Below are positions 47,098 through 61,070 of a DNA stretch of 64,000 bases, piece after piece (within the stretch, counting starts at the first letter, position 1; each line of letters opens with the position of its first letter). The notes under the pieces are model-generated. The model had not been told where the DNA came from, did no database searches, and was given only the letters and a program-made list of their open reading frames with translations. This DNA comes from Phoronis australis. Its lineage: Eukaryota > Animalia > Phoronida. Both the position numbers and the translations under genes were made by a program. The stretch spans positions 307,660 to 371,659 of the forward strand of contig NMRA01000365.1 in NCBI GenBank assembly GCA_002633005.1. Direction: 5' to 3'.

Positions 47098-48790
47098 GTC
47101 CCAACATGCTCTTTAATCAGGTGAGAAGTGATTTCTGGACTTGCACAAAACCCAACGAGACCAACCAGGATACATAACATGAAACACTGTTACAAGTCAA
47201 CTTTTACAGACTTATTTCAAGCAATAATGAACACTCAATTCTTTTGGAGCACTAAAAGGCAATGTCAGCATTCCCGTGCTGCCATTATGGCGTTTTGTCC
47301 ATGCCCAGCTTGCAGAGTCTTAGTTAGTTTTATCTACTACGTCATAATAAATGACAATATTCGCAATCCTCCTTTTTTTACTCTGCAACATAGCTCGTGG
47401 CGTACCCCGGGCAATATAGATTACGATAAAATCACTTCTAATTTGACCAAAGAACAATTTGACACCAATTTCACATCAACAACTCAAAAAGCCATTTATA
47501 GCCACTTTAGGCAGCTGATGAATTTCCTGATGACTCATAACAATATAAGAATCATAAAGGTTGGGCACTAAAATTTTGTCACGAATTCAAATAAAAGCTG
47601 CATGAACAGCACTCTCAGATTGGTATTGCCTAAACCCGTGAAGCATCACCTTCCCTTAATCCTATTAAATTTTCCTAATGAGAGGTGAAATGACAACATA
47701 ATTTCCAAAACAAATGCTTAACTCTAAATTCAAAGAGATTAAATAGTCAACATGGCACATTTCAGTTGTGCTTTAACTTCTACGCTTGGTGCAAATGAAA
47801 CTTCCGAGTTTGGGCAAGAAAGCCTATGACAAGGACAGGATATTTGTCATCCAATTTGAAAAACTAAACTTCCACTCGTGTGCAATTTACTTCTTCTTAG
47901 CTCTCATTTGATATAGAACTTATTGAGTTACCTTTTGTTTGATCTTGACATTATGTACTACTGTTTGTTGACGTGCAACCAATGGACGGCTTTTGACGGA
48001 GATTTTCGATGTCTGACTGCACGTTCATCGCGCAAAATCAGATTTCGCAGTAGGCCTACATTAGTAGCCAGCAATCTGTGGTTCTTCAGTTTTAAACGTT
48101 ATTTTACAAAACCAAAGTTTAAATACATTCAAACTGACACATAAATAAATCTGGAGGGCACTCAAATAACATTTGTTGGCACGAAAACACTTTCGGAATT
48201 GCTTTAGGAGCAATTGTGAAAAATATCGATGTGTATGAAGGCTGCCTGCCATGAACGTCACAAAATAGCCTCCATGAATTTGTGATTATGGTGATTTTTT
48301 GCCGTCAAGTCACCAGTCAAAGGATATTTAATGTGATCAAGTGAAAGAAGGCATTGAAAGATATGTTCAATGATTAGTTCCATGCATATTTGAGTAGAAA
48401 ATTCTGAGCACACCAGTTTTTAGTGTCCAACCGTTATGTTTTATTACAGTCAGTTGTGTCACTGATGATAGCTGAACAAATAAACTCAAGGGCCAGTGGC
48501 TTTAAGCACATATGCTGCATTGGACCCGGTGCAGGGCTAATCAGATCATGTCAAAAATGCAATCTCAAACACACAATAACAGATCTCCAGTTGGTACACA
48601 TTATATGCCATGTCAAATTAGAGATGCCAACTCACTTCATAAACAACATCTACAAAGTATTCTAAACATTTTTAAACATAGCACTTCGAGGAGTTTTTCC
48701 CACATGCATAAGCTGAATGGTCAGCACTAGGCTTAACCTTGGCATTTATGTTACAGATCTTTCAAACCATAGACTATGTGAAGTACTCAC

Positions 48791-48944
48791 CAACTTCTTC
48801 AGACCAGTCAGACCAGACAGTCCACATATGCCGCCACTGAGCGAGATCTGAGGCAGAACAATGCCACAAACTCCACGTAGTTTCAGCTCCTCCAAGTGCT
48901 CTAGTCGAGACATCTTGCCAAGATCAATCTTAGCATTGGCCGTC
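48791..48944 (-). CDS. Gene 3 LRR exon (TANAKIDLGKMSRLEHLEELKLRGVCG...LSGLTGLKKL)
   Basis: ttccag / gtgagt, phase 2-0. Confidence 0.88.
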
Positions 48945-49330
48945 CTGGAAAGACAAGATTAATTTCTTGAAAAACCAACACATCACACTTCTCCTTCAAA
49001 ACATCACAAAAACAGATGCATGTGTTAATAATAACCTCTTGATAACAAAATTTCTCTATATAAAATGTTCTCTAATCAAAGCCAGAGCACGAGCCAATGG
49101 TTCAACTTCTAAAGCCCTAAAGTGTAAGATGCAGTTCATCATTTGTCCCTGAATCAACTCCATTTCATCGAATCGTTGCTCATGAGTATCTGGAACAGTT
49201 TTCACTATCCACGAGTTCTTCTACTCATTTCACAAGATTAATTTGCCAGCCATGGAACCAATTTGAATTTTTGAGGGTTTTCACCAAGAGTGGCAACCAA
49301 GCTGATCACTCACTCACACACAATCCTTAC

Positions 49331-49617
49331 CACATGTCCTGGCTGGAGCTCGAGTCTGTCGTCCACTCAGACACTAGTGAGACCAACTGCGGCATCTTCT
49401 CAGTGACTGCTTGCAGGACCGAGGCTGGACACTGACCCATATGAAGGTGCTGGACAGTGACCAGTTGAGACAAGGCACTGGTCAGCTGGGTCCAGGTGTT
49501 TGACCCGTCGTGTTGTAGCCCACGCAGGTCAAGGGATCGCGTGCCGTACTTTGTGAAGTAAGTGCACGCTGCTGGCCAGTTAGAGACACGCGAGTCTTGC
49601 AGGGAAATGGATTTGCA
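49331..49617 (-). CDS. Gene 3 exon, start of the LRR region (CKSISLQDSRVSNW...RSLDLRGL...MPQLVSL)
   Basis: ttgtag / gtaagg, phase 0-2. Confidence 0.88.
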
Positions 49618-49779
49618 CTACAATCAAGAACACAATGCAAATACAAAATAAACATTATATACTAAAACAACAAATTAAAAAATTATATACTAAAACAACA
49701 AATTAAATTTTATAAATTAATCATTACCACGTGTATGTTCAATTTGTTAAGTAAGAAAACCTCTTAACAGATAACTTAC

Positions 49780-49831
49780 CAAAGAATTGTGTATTGCAAC
49801 ATTTCTCCAGGTCCGACAAACACAGCTTGCC
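49780..49831 (-). CDS. Gene 3 exon, second half of the F-box (RASCVCRTWRNVAIHNSL)
   Basis: cttcag / gtaagt. Completes the F-box LLEIFKCLTIRDRLRASCVCRTWRNVA. Confidence 0.9.
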
Positions 49832-50782
49832 CTGAAGACAGAAAGTTGCATTTTCTAAAATCTCCCAAAGCATTTATTGGATTAAGCAAACATTCTAAGC
49901 TTGAAAAGGGAGTAACTCAAGTTAGTGGAGGTGAATCCACAAGCTGAAGCTATCAATGCGCTCCTTTCAGTCCATCCTATTAGTGCGAGTATTATGGAAA
50001 GCTAATGCACGGTGTCAAGGAACCTACACAAAGGGTTCCACCCCATAATATAAACTGACAAAACAATTTTCAAAGATAGCACTACACAGCTTTAAAATGT
50101 TCTTAGTAAATATACAAACTTTACAAAATCATCATGAGACAAATCGACACAACACATTATTTTACTTTAAAATATATTTGAAAGCCCTAATATTATAAAG
50201 TATCGCCTTCTTTGGGCAAAGCTAACAACCAAAATAAAATATTTTGACAATCAAAATTTTCCATCAATACACAAAAAATCTCGTTCTCAAAGTGTCAAAG
50301 TTTCTCACATAACTTCCAGATCTAACCGTTAGCTGTTTTTTAATAGAAACATCATAACACATTCAAAGTGGAAACTGCGAAAACTTAGAACTAATCAATG
50401 TCCTCTAATGAAACACCACCTATATTTTTAACTCGTAACATCTTCAAGCATTAAAACTGAAGTGGGAATTATGCACACGACTGTCTTAACTCTTATCAGT
50501 ATCATTTCTGCACAAATCACCCAGTCTACAGCTTCTTGACACGGGAACATAGAGGTGCTTAAATAACAATGTTAAGTCACAGAAATAATACAATGGATTT
50601 ATATTTAAAATATCCTATTACCGAGCCAATTCCTACTGAACACTTTGCAAGGTACCCTATTTGGGTAACAAAGAGTTCATCCTTAACGCAAAGGCAGCAA
50701 CTACATTTTGACTAATTTGTACCGAAAAAACTCAACTACAAACAATAGAGACCCAAAGAAAATAAATCTGCCCCTTGCTTAC

Positions 50783-51783
50783 CTCAAACGATCTCGAATT
50801 GTCAGGCATTTAAAAATCTCAAGAAGGCAATCAAAGCCAACGTGCAGCATTTTGAAATGACAGACATTGATTTTCTTTACTCTCGGTCGTAGTTGTCTCC
50901 CCTCTTTCTGAACAGATGGTTTGGCCATCACCGGAACACCTGAAGCTCCTGATACACCTGTTTCTTCTGCTGATGCAGGTGTGGGAGCCATATGTAATGG
51001 AGGGGGTCCTACAGAGATAGATGAGGCGGGCGGAAGGGCCGGAGCTACCTGCAGGGGCTTTTGCACCTCGGTGTCCTTGGAGCTCTCCTTCAAGGTGCCC
51101 TCAGGGAGGAGAATACGCAGTCCCTGAGGCGTGAAGACGAACGAGGACGGCTGTATCACCAACTGTTGGTTGTTGATGCGCAGTGCCAACGGCTGTTGGA
51201 GGTTCAACTTGGTCAGAACATTGGGCGGTAGAGCTAGTAGCTGTCCCTTCAGGCCAGGAGGAGCCGAGCTGACCTGATATTGCGTGTTGCCAGGCGATGA
51301 GTTGGTCACCATGGTGGGTTGCGGAAGGGGTCCCCCAATAAATATTGGTTTGCTCTTCGCTGACACTAGCGGAGGGGGTGGTGGAACAGGTGGTACGGGA
51401 GGTGGTTGTTGTAGTCCCATTACAGAAGCTTTATTGGACATCAACGTCCTCAGCACACTGTGATGGTGTAATGGAGGAGGTTTGTGCTGCAGTTGTTGGC
51501 TCAACTGGTGTTGGTGTTGTTGCTGACCAGGTCCCGTTAGCGCCGGTGGTGTGCGCGTCAGACCATGAAGTAATGGTGAAGCAGCAGGACTTGGGGATGA
51601 TGTGGGTGCCTTGTGCAGTGGGGGCATGGGTTTGGGGATCAGGGTGGGGTCGGGCCGAGACAAGGCCTCTCTACCATTCATATCGGCATGGGAAACTACA
51701 TCCGTGATCTTCAGATCTGAAGGCTCCCTGGCCGAAGTTTCAGCAACTTCCTTTGACGCTATGCCACCAAGCTTGACACATCG
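50783..51783 (-). CDS. Gene 3 large exon (end of PHD, Pro/Gln-rich linker, start of F-box)
   Basis: ttgcag|RCVKLGG...GFDCLLEIFKCLTIRDRL|gtaagc; ORF 50779-51807. Confidence 0.9.
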
Positions 51784-52245
51784 CTGCAACAAGAATGAGA
51801 CATTCATGAAACAACAAAACTCTTTGTAATAGCAAGGTCAACCCTTGTATACGACCCCTTACAGTCTCAAGCATTTTCAAAGAATCTTCACAAAAAACAG
51901 ACCAAAACTAGGTTCGACACTCTTTGCAAACAACTTAATATTGATCTGGAGCTAGTTGGAAGCCTACAACCCAACCTGCATATTGTTAACAATATTTCGA
52001 GCTGGTACAAACCCACCTTCCCTAAAAATAGCTTTTTTGGTCTACTTTCAATTATGAAATTGGTTTCAACTTGTTGCAGACACGTTAGATGTGATTATTA
52101 GGCTTGCACAGTCATTTTTGTCATTTTTTTATTGTTGAAATCTGGTTCAACAAGTTTGGTTGTCAGAGAAAGCCATTTTATGGGCAGATCATGCTCTCAA
52201 GTAAACAAAAAGTTGAGACACGAGACAAATGCTGTAATAGGCAGC

Positions 52246-52725
52246 AATATGTTACAATTTCGTAAAATGTAACAACTACTACACTTTATATAATTGTTAC
52301 ATTTTACGTTGCTAGGAATCTCCCAAAATGTAGCCAGTTGATACGATTTATGTAATTGTTAAAATTTACGTCGATGCATGGTATTTGTCACACAGAGGAA
52401 GACGGTTTACACACTTAACAGCTTCTTTATCAAATTGTTTGGATGAAGTTCTGTCAAATGTGCTGGCTTGAATTTATGTTCCTATGTGCTTTCCATTGAT
52501 TTTTTGAAATGAATAGCTTTTTAGTAAAGTCAAAAATGTAAAAGTTTCAGCTCAAGACGAAAGGAGTTTCCAGGAACAGGTAGCAAGTTTGTTATTGATA
52601 AAGCATTTTTGCAATCTTTTGTTGCACTCACAGGTCATAAACCACTTGTGTAACCAGCATTACAGTAAACACACTTCCCTTCAAGTTCGTAAGCACAATA
52701 GAAACAATGTCATCGTATTTATATA
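52246..52725 (+). repeat. Dispersed TGTAACAA-rich repeat module, copy 1
   Basis: Homologous to 54612-55130 (+) and 59690-60250 (-). Confidence 0.7.
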
Positions 52726-54611
52726 CCGTATGTAACAAAACCTATGTGATGAAAATTCTTGATTATTGTATCTATATACGTGATATTCAAGCCAATAAAC
52801 ACGAGCGAGAAATACACCTATCACGTGAACTAGTTTTAAGACGAGCAATTACACGAATCTTTAGAGTGCTAAACGGTAGCATTTTTGTTAACATGTCATT
52901 GTGGAATTGCAACGAAATTTAAACTCATAAAGTGTGTTTATTCCATGTAAAATAGCAGCAATTATAAACTTATAACCATACGGAACAAATTTAACATGAA
53001 ATAACGAATTAACTGGCAAATAGCCCTCTGCTACTTGTTCTACCGCAGTACCGGACTGGCAGTAGGTTGAGCAGACGATCAGAACAAGATGTGTTAAAGA
53101 AGATAATTAATTGGAAAATTTCATTGAATTAACAAAATAAAATTATGATACAAAACTTTTTATAACTATTATCAATTTTATTTGCTTGCATTGACTAAAA
53201 ACAATTCGGTTAGGACCCAGCCGAAGGTGTTTGGCATAGCTGTTTACCATAGCAACGACTGACTCATGATTAGTAGGCCAAATGAGGTCGCTGTATCATT
53301 TAGGTTGCGTATTTGTTTACTTTAAAAACACTGCTTTCATCCTAATTTTCATCAAGTTTGTTGAAATTAAAAATTTAGTTGGTATTTGACAGATATGTTA
53401 ATGATTTGAGCTCTATATTTGGTCCAGTTGTCATTTGTAAGGTGTTTTTCAATTATTGGTGAAACTAACACCAGTAGAGAATTGAGAGACGCGAGTGGTA
53501 CTATATATTAAGCAGATGAGCTTTAACAACTACTGTAATTCGTATGGATTTAATCTGCCAAATACCGCAATCCTTACAGCATTCCCAGCGTTATTTTCTC
53601 AAGAGATGATAAAGGTTATCTGCTCTAGGAAGAATATGAAAAAGCAGTTCTGTCATATTTCACAGTGTGATAACACTTAATTCATGGCCGTATGATTATG
53701 GCTAAATCATATTTCTTCAGGAAAAAAGGACCACAATTTTTTTCACAGAGAATTCAATTTCGGGAGCCAATTTGATAGAAAAATCGCACATTTTAGTCCT
53801 ATTAGTTATATAAGAAACAATTCTGTGCTTTAAAGTCTAAACAAGATTTTAAATCTCAACCTCCTCATTTCCAAAAACTAGGCCAGGTACTCACTCTGCA
53901 GCTACAGCTATCAAAATGTTTCTCACACTATCGTTAAGGTTGAAACTAGGAACCCCTTTGAAACCCTTTTGAAACAGCACTCGCAGTTCTTTGTGGGAAG
54001 CCCGGTGACAATATTGAACCACAAATGAGATGATTTAAAATCTTTGAGGCCCATAATGTATTAGCACTTTGCTAAGCATGTATTGTGTGTCCTTGTTAAA
54101 TAAATTCAATAGTAGCAGTAGCAGTTACGGTAGCAGTAACAGTAGTATTAATTGCATTAATAGTAATGATATTGATTAGCCAAAATTCCTGCCGGTTATT
54201 CCTATAGAAGAGGTATACAAAAAGTGCCACCCAAAAGGTATTTCAGCAAAACAATACTATCTAAAGGGTGCCTTTTCTGAATTTCTGAAACAGAAATATG
54301 CGAAAATGTGAATTTTTACTGAAAATTACTCTCTAAATGCGTAACTTTTTGTCCTAGTCCACTCTCTAAATGGGTTGGTATCCATACTTTCAGACAGCAC
54401 CTCTCGTCCAAAATACTTGAGTATCCTCCGCCGTGTCAGACACCACTTGTTTGTGATTTTAGTCATTTCCTTTTGTCATATGATGTTGGTTTCATAAAAC
54501 ATAGCAATGATACATTTTCGCATGCCATTGCATTCCATGTAAAATGTAACAGTTATGTAAAATACGACAACTTGTTACAAAACTGCTTCATTCCACAGTG
54601 TATCAATGCTC

Positions 54612-57600
54612 TGATATGCCCTAAAATATAACAATTTTGTAAAATGTAACAACTATTACTTTTTATGTCATTGTTACATTTTACCTTGCTAGGCCTCCCC
54701 TAAAAAGTAACAAGTTGTAAATAAATGCATATGCAAGAAATGAACCATTGTTACATTATATGAAAGCGGATAGCGATGTCATATTTTATGAGTTTGCATG
54801 GTACTTGTCACACGGAGAAAAACGGTTGATACACTTAACGACTTCTTTCTCGGATTCTTTGAATGAATTTCTATCAAATGTGTCAGCTCGAATTTATAGG
54901 TGTGTCCCTGTGGGCTTTCCACTGTTTTTGTAACACGAGTAGTTTCTACATGTACCCCGCACAGTTTCAACTATAGACAAAATGAGTTTCCAGGATCAGG
55001 TAACACGTTTTTATTGTTCAGGCGTTCTATTGTTAGCGCTCATAGGTCACACCCAATTGTGTGTCCGACATTACAGTAAACACACTTCCCTTGGTACCCT
55101 GTAAGCACAACAGAAACAATGTCATCGTATTTTGACTAATATTTATCATATTTCTTCGAGAACAAACGTTAATAATGTTTTCAACGAATTCAGTCAAGGA
55201 AACTTTTTACTTGAATCGTTTTGCTACATCGCAAAAAGCGCATATTAAATATCACTGACTTCAACGTTGCCCGTTTTTGTTCCGTAAAACCCACTTTCAA
55301 TGAAACCTAGTTCAAATCACTCAGTAAAATCACTGAATATTGGGACCCGTTCCACATAAAATTGTTGCGTATTTTGTATGTCTGCTACCAGTTATTCTAA
55401 TGATCCAGTGACCCCAGCCATAGCCGACCTGTTGTTAGTTCTTAAAAAATGTCTATTAGTAACTTCAGAATTCAACTAAAACCATTTTTGGAACGAACTC
55501 TAGTTCTTTGAAAAGGAATGTATTCAACGAGAGACAATAACGACAACACGGTGGGTATACTCATGTTTAGATTAAGTGGCAAGTAAAAGATTACAGTTTA
55601 TTATTTATTTATTTATTATTGTGATATTTAAAATGAGGGTGGCCTCTTCAGCGACAGCACTGCTTTCCAAGAGGGCCCTCAACAAGAGAAACAGTAATAT
55701 AATACAATGAAGTAATAAAACAACAATGAAATATATGTAACAAAGATACAATTAAAACTGGTTGAGAATTAAGACAATAACTAAATGACAAATAATGGTA
55801 AAAATTTAACTAAGACAGATGAAATAAATTAAGAGATGACTCTAGAGAGTGAGAGTATTTACGACAATGAAAAAATGACATGTTTAAGACAGGCAGGGTA
55901 TAAAAGGTTAAGTAAATTACAGCCACTTTTTAATATTTACTTTAAAGGTAGTAATTGAATTGGACCGTTTAATTTCTGGGCTAAGAGAATTCCATATTAA
56001 AGCAGCTGCATAGATAAAAGATCTCTTGCCCGTCTCGCTTTTAATTTTTTTAGAAGAAACATTGCCAGCAACAGAGGAACGTGTAGAATATACAGCCTGA
56101 CTGCTATTGAATTTACGGCTGAGATATGCTGGAGCCAAGCCATTGATACATCTGTACATGCAACAGGCAGATATATTTATTTCTTTGTCTTACTTTCATA
56201 AATCCCAGCTTGGAATACAAGTCGTCAACCCTAGTGTCCCTAATTTTAGTACCTAGGATAGCCCTGGCGGCTCTATTTTGGATTACTTGGACTTTGCTGA
56301 CAAGTGTGTCACTAGTGTGCCCCCAAACCGGTAAACAATAATCAATATGAGGCTGAATAATAGAATGGTAAAGGGTGTTAAGAGTACTGACATTAAGAAA
56401 TTTGCCTAGACGTTTAAGCACACTGATTTTCTTTGATAATCTCTTTGTGATATGATCTATGTGCATATTAAATTTAAGATTGGGATCTAAAGTAAGGCCC
56501 AAGTACTTAAACTTGTCAACATTCTCGGTGGGAGAACCGTTGATAGAAAGGGATAGTTTTTGTTGTCTGAATTCAGTTCTTCAGGGCAAACTACAGAAGG
56601 ATACAGTTATATTTACAAACGTGTGTGCCGATAGATCAGAAATAATCAATTTTTGAAATGGTGCACGTCTTAACAAGACTTTTAATCTCAACCTTTTCGT
56701 TTCCAAAAACTAGACCTACTCTGTGTCCACAGCTGTCATGACATTTCTCACAACACAGTAAAGGCTGAACATAGGAACCCCATTAAGCACTAGCTGTCCA
56801 TTATGAGAAGCCCAGTGAAAACATTGAACCATAAATGAGATGATTTTAAAATCTTTGAGGACCATGATGTATTAGCACTTTGCTAAAACATGTATTATAA
56901 TAAATTTCGCCAAGTATGTTGGTGTGACATCAATTTTTTTTGTTCGCTCTCTACAGGTTGCAATTTGCGCCCAATTTTCACGAAATTTGCACACTACGAG
57001 TATATTAGAAAGTCCTGGAAGCCTATTGTTTTTGGTCATGATCGGATTCAAAATGGCGGACGTGGCGGCCATTTTGTTTCCAATTTCACATTCAAATGCT
57101 CATAGAGGCCGCATTTTTTGACATACAGGGCTGAAACTTGGTACGATTATTACAGAACACTTGCTACAACTGTGCCCAAAATCGTTGACTTTCAGTTAAA
57201 GATGGCAAAAATGTTAACGATGGCGCATGCGCACCTCGATAACTGGCCGAAAACATTTTTTCCTGTAGAGGGCGCATTGGCGAACCAATCATTTTCAAAC
57301 TAGTCACGTGTTTGTTGCTATTGATTGGCTTTATAAAATTTTGTTTAACCGGAAGTTACTTTCAAGATAGCGGCTCTGGCGCATTTTCACCAGTTTTCAA
57401 TTGTTCTACGGTCGCATTTTTAACGGGAAAAGCAAATGACGTGAAGTTTTGCATGTGGATTCCTTGAAGTTTTCTCTTTCAAAAGTCCTGCGATAACGTT
57501 TTTCTCAGACTTACCATTTCCGAGTTATTTGACTTTGAATTTCAAAAAAAAAAATTATGGAATGTTGCGACACTATCAATTTAGACAGAATTTCAGAAGA

Positions 57601-60250
57601 TATTTTCCATTTTTCGCAAGGATGTCTATTTTTTTGAATTATTTGAGATTTTCTGACAACGCTGTTCCTTTGTTGAAGCGCTCTTACTGCATTGATGATG
57701 GTTTAGTTTATTTGAACAAGACTGTAGCTTATTTCTTATTAATTTATGACATCTAACTTCGTCGTATGAATGTTATGATGTTGTTCATAATCGCCACCTT
57801 CATCATCACAATCATCATCGTTGTTAATTTTGCCTGTCGCTCAAGATTGTAGGTAGCACTGAACGGCCAGGCCGCGGCCACGGAACATTTTCTAAACCCT
57901 AGAATTTATGTTGAGGGCGTGTGTCAGGTTTGGCGGGTGGTTTGAGGAAATTGTTGACAACAATTGCTAGGAAACTTATTTACTTGTGTTTTTAAATGAG
58001 AAAAGCCAAGTTTTACCTACTTTTGATGCAAACTGGTGGCTGTCATTTGCTATCAACCACTGTCGTCTGCTGTCCGAGAAACCAGGTGCGATTTCAGGTG
58101 GCTGTCAGACAGATCAAATTTGCCAAAAAAGTAGCTGGTAAGAGGCTTACTATGACCACATAGTTAGAATCTAGTGAGGACGAGCATTTTGAATCTGTAG
58201 TCAGACTCTTTCTAGCACTTGCAGGGAAGTGGTTATTTCGGGGAGAAAATTGTCAAATTTGGCGTTTTTTGCAAATAGTTTTATTTGCCAGGATTTTCTT
58301 GCCATGTATATGAAATCTGTACAGTTCGATAGTTTTAACAGGCTTTCATAAGATATTTTTCATTTCTCGCTAGTCGTCATGATCGTCGTCGCCCTCCCCA
58401 TCATCCTGTTTTCGCGTAATTTGTCCAAGTTTCGCTCCTCTGAGCGCACTCGCACTGTTGCCAGTTTCATTCAGCACTTGCCGGTCTTATGTGATAAAAA
58501 TTCAACATTTGTCTCGGTAAGGCCCATATTAGTCGCCGTGTGGCTGAATGCGTACGTATCTATCTGACTGTTATTTTCTGGTGTAAGGGTGAGTAAGCAT
58601 TCACTGTCAGTGGTCATTTTATCGGATATTTAGCTTCAAAACACCAATTATAGTTAATCAAACAATTCATCTTAAAAATAACGGAAACATTTTTATAGTA
58701 TTAGAAACTGTCGGAAGTAAGAGTCAATATTCATTTCTTGTCGATGCTATGCTACCCGTTTCATGAATGGATAGTTCCTGATTAATGTTTTTGATGACAG
58801 GTTCATGTATGTAGCGCGCGCTTCCTGGCCACGTGCTGTTTACACTGGCCAAGCTTCTTATTAGTCGATTCGCGATTTTTACTTGTACAAAAAAACTGGA
58901 ATTCTGTTGAAAGCGGGGGAATATCTATAAAGCAATCCTGTAGACAAGTACACAACATCTGTTCTGAAAGGCTAGACAATTGGTCCTCGCAAGATCAGCA
59001 AAACTTTTATGTTCGTTTTGAGGCATGGCGGAAGTTTGAAGTGTATAGTCACGGCTAAATACCGACATAGCGGCAAGGCTCGTGGTCTACAAATTCTGCG
59101 CACAATGATTTTTTTCAGGACTGTCGGATATTATTGATAAATTGAAGACGTTACTGTAGAATTTCCGGACTGTAGGTAAGGCATTTTTCACACGTACATG
59201 TTCATGGACTAGGTGCTTATTTTAGTAAAGTCTGAAAACGCGTGGGGGGTGCTTACAGGGGCATGGGCGGTTATTACAGCGAATACGGTATTTCAGACAG
59301 TTTGGATATCATAGGGACAATGATATTTCTTTCAGCTTTTAAGCTGTATAAAACACGTTACTATGCCGACACATTTACAAACTATAGGCTGGCCCTTTTC
59401 AAAGGCGATATTTTGCTGTTGCTTTCACAAAATCTGTCAACCTGTCTGCAAATAAATGCGTGCTTCTATTTCCTTTCACCATGTCTTTAAGAAATTGTCA
59501 TTCGTAACTAAGTTGGTAGAGAGAGCCCGTCAGCATCACAAACTTTGGTTTTGCTCCTATTGTGTGGAGCAGGGCAATTACTAAATTAGCGATGACTGCA
59601 AGGCACCAAAACACTGGCAGAAATAAACCAAACTATTGTAGACTAAAACTGGTGTTTTTTCTATCATACTGGCTTGCGAAAACGAATTCAGCGTGAAAAT
59701 GTTGTTATTGTCGTTTGTGCTCGAAGAAATACGATGCCATCGTTTTGCTTGCCAAGAGAAGTGTGTTTACTGTAATGCTAGATATGGTTTATGAGCTGTG
59801 TCAACAAAAGATTGCAAGAACGCTTTAACAATAAAAAAACTTGTTACCTGATCTTGGAAACTCCTTTCGTGTGATGTTGAAACTGTACGCTGTACATTTT
59901 TGACTATACCATGAAACTAATCATGTTTAAAAAACATGGACAGCACATCGGGACACATCTATATATTCGACCTGATGCAATTGATAGAATTTCATTTACA
60001 CAATCCGAGAAAGAAGGCATTTAGTGAGTGAACACTTTTCCTCCAGGTGACAAATACCATGCAAACTCATGAAATATGACCTTGCTTTTGTACATTTCTT
60101 GCATGTGCATTCCAGTAAAATGTTACAAATACATAAAATGTAACAACTTGTTACATTTTAAGAGAGGCCTAGCAACATAAAATGTAACAATGGCATAAAA
60201 TGTAACAGTTGTTACATTTTACGAAATTGTTACATTTTATGGCATATCAG
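54612..60250. repeat. ~520-560-bp inverted repeat pair (54612-55130 / 59690-60250) enclosing a patchwork of repeats
   Basis: Outer ends ctgatatgcc... and ...ggcatatcag. Flanked by a direct repeat 54225-54570 / 60251-60570. 53840-54085 is repeated at 56680-56897. Confidence 0.6.
55597..56580 (-). mobile_element. CR1/L2-type LINE 3' fragment
   Basis: FKYLGLTLDPNLKFNMHID, LYHSIIQPHIDYCLPVWG, IQNRAAR, GKRSFIYAAALIWNSL. 3' stem-loop GAGGGCCCTCTT..AAGAGGCCACCCTC and an (AAT/AAAT)n tail. Confidence 0.88.
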
Positions 60251-60627
60251 TGCCATTTTCAACAAAGTACGATCTAAGAGGGTACTTTTTCTGAATTTCT
60301 GGAACAGAAATGTGCATAAAATGTGAACTTTTACACAAAATTAGACTCTAAATGGGTCACTTTTTGTCCAAGCCAACTCTCTAAAGGGGTAGGTATTCAA
60401 ATTTTTCGGGCGACATCCCTCATCCAAAAATACCCCCGCCTGTGTCAGATACCACTTGTTCGTGATTTTGGCCATTTTCTTTGTAGTATGACGATGGTTT
60501 CGTAAAATGTAACAATGGTACATTTCTCGCATGTGCATTCCACCTAAAATGTAACAACTACATAAAATGTGAGCCCGCGAGATACATCATTAGTGCAAAG
60601 GTCACATGTTTGCAGAATTTCTTGTTT
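56870..60627 (+). mobile_element. Possible composite Helitron/Helentron-like non-autonomous element
   Basis: 5' hairpin TTAGCACTTTGCTAA..ATGTATT. 3' end GATACAT..TGCAAAggtcacatgTTTGCA..CTTGTT. The interior is a mosaic of repeat modules. Confidence 0.35.
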
Positions 60628-61070
60628 TCACATTAATAAGGTGTCACTGAATACAACTGCTCTTTGTTTAGGTTAGACTATGCTAAGATAGCATTGCTGA
60701 TTAGTTCCTACTATACATTGGCATAGTTAGGAGATGCGAATACATCTTAAGGTCTTTTAACCAAAGAGTTCTTCTGTCAAAATGAAGACGTCAGCATTCC
60801 TTGAAAATAACCCAAGCATTTCCTGGAAGTCAAGCTCTTAGGATTAAAGACCTTAAAACAAAATCTCACACAGAGGCTAAATTTGCAAGTTTTTGACGAA
60901 AAAAATAATGGTTGTGGAAAATACACCTACATCTGTGAAAAATTACAATTTTAAGGAAAATGCAGTCATCTGATTACGAACATCTGCGCATTGCTTTTGT
61001 GTAAATGAAATTCCATGATAACCCAGTATTTAAAAATACATGGTTTTATGCATCTACCATCAGTACTTAA

